A stretch of 63,038 nt of DNA, counting the filler, from Octopus bimaculoides (Eukaryota), in NCBI RefSeq assembly GCF_001194135.2. It is 4 parts of 3 records of this genome, joined end to end, with 100 filler letters (N's around TTAATTAATTAA, not from the genome) between each part and the next. Parts side by side here need not be neighbours in the genome. Positions count along the whole stretch, not along the records: positions 61,017 to 63,038 come from NC_068983.1; 3 more parts are not named here. The stretch is one strand, 5' to 3'. A program made the position numbers and the translations under genes. Below the pieces are notes generated by a model that was not told the DNA's origin, ran no database searches, and saw nothing but the letters and a program-made list of their open reading frames with translations. How positions within the stretch are numbered: position 1 is the stretch's first letter; every line of letters begins with the position of its first letter. This document shows, in pieces, positions 62,245-63,038 of this stretch.

Positions 62245-63038
62245 TCATAATATATACTCATATATAGGAAATAGAGTGTAATATTTTTATATTAAAGAAG
62301 TATAACCTCACAGCAGTGCAGTTTATTCAATATGTTGCCATATCTTATCAGTGACTGTATATTAAAAATCTGTAGCGCCTGTACTGAGCTGAAAACATGA
62401 AACAGTAACGCAGTAACATGACAGGGAGAAAACTTCTAAAAGAAATAAATAAGAAAAGGATGTTCCTTTCATTTAAGACATCTATCAGACTTATAATGCA
62501 TAAATTTAAAATGAATGAGATATTTAATTCAATGCTACGTAGCATTCCGGAAACTGTGAATATATTAATATAACAACAATATTATGACTGTTGACATATA
62601 GAAAAAATAGGTAATACTGAGAAATTCACTAGACGAGGCAGGGAAAATCATTCCACAAATAAAAATTATATGAAAAAATTATACTTACTAATATATGAAA
62701 GCAAAAGACGGTTAATTTGTTGTAAGGCCAGGACAACAAATATTTATTGGAGGCAAAAATATTACACATATAAAAAGGAAACGAAATTTGACTTTGAAGA
62801 AAGCTTGCTAATGCCGTCTGCTGATAGGAATCGGCGAAACAAGCAAAGAATTAGCAGGAAAGATTTTCTAAAGTATATAAGACTCTATTCCTTCTATCAG
62901 GTTGAATAAATCTTGATACAATATTAAAAAGAAAAACATTAATAGAGATGAAAATATTGATAACAAGGATAAATTGATTCTATTTGCATAAGTCATATAT
63001 AAATTGAAACTCAGCGTTATATATATATATATATATAT

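Noticed and set aside
62348-62909. Short ORFs near the window end
   Set aside because: No recognisable motif, splice structure or codon bias.

Overview
This is AT-rich, microsatellite- and transposon-laden animal genomic DNA. The repeat landscape (tRNA-derived SINEs with internal microsatellites, RTE LINE tails ending in (GAT)n, Penelope-like relics) suggests an octopus or other coleoid cephalopod, but that is inference. The only supportable host gene is the 3' ~470 codons of muskelin (MKLN1, kelch-repeat subunit of the CTLH/GID E3 ligase). It lies on the + strand as 13 GT-AG exons from 21679 to the TGA at 44280, and the intron phases join without a frameshift. The N-terminal discoidin/LisH/CTLH exons are not visible. 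The gene fragment begins about 470 bp after an artificial 100-nt scaffold join (N44-TTAATTAATTAA-N44); two more such joins lie at 50639 and 60917. The rest is decayed mobile DNA: Buster-type hAT, DD37D/maT and mariner, piggyBac- and Tigger-like MITEs, RTE and Penelope-like elements, a CCHC LINE ORF1, and several SINE families. The most interesting non-standard signals are: (i) about nine minimal hammerhead-ribozyme motifs linked to Penelope-like relics, including one near-intact sense copy inside a muskelin intron and a family with a U3-A8 covariant core; (ii) a tRNA-like fold-back enclosing a LINE ORF1 fragment; (iii) long DNA palindromes; and (iv) inverted SINE/RTE pairs in muskelin introns that could form dsRNA or circRNA. 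Exon, TIR, TSD and ribozyme coordinates were counted by hand. Boundaries of decayed repeats are approximate, and no database search was possible.
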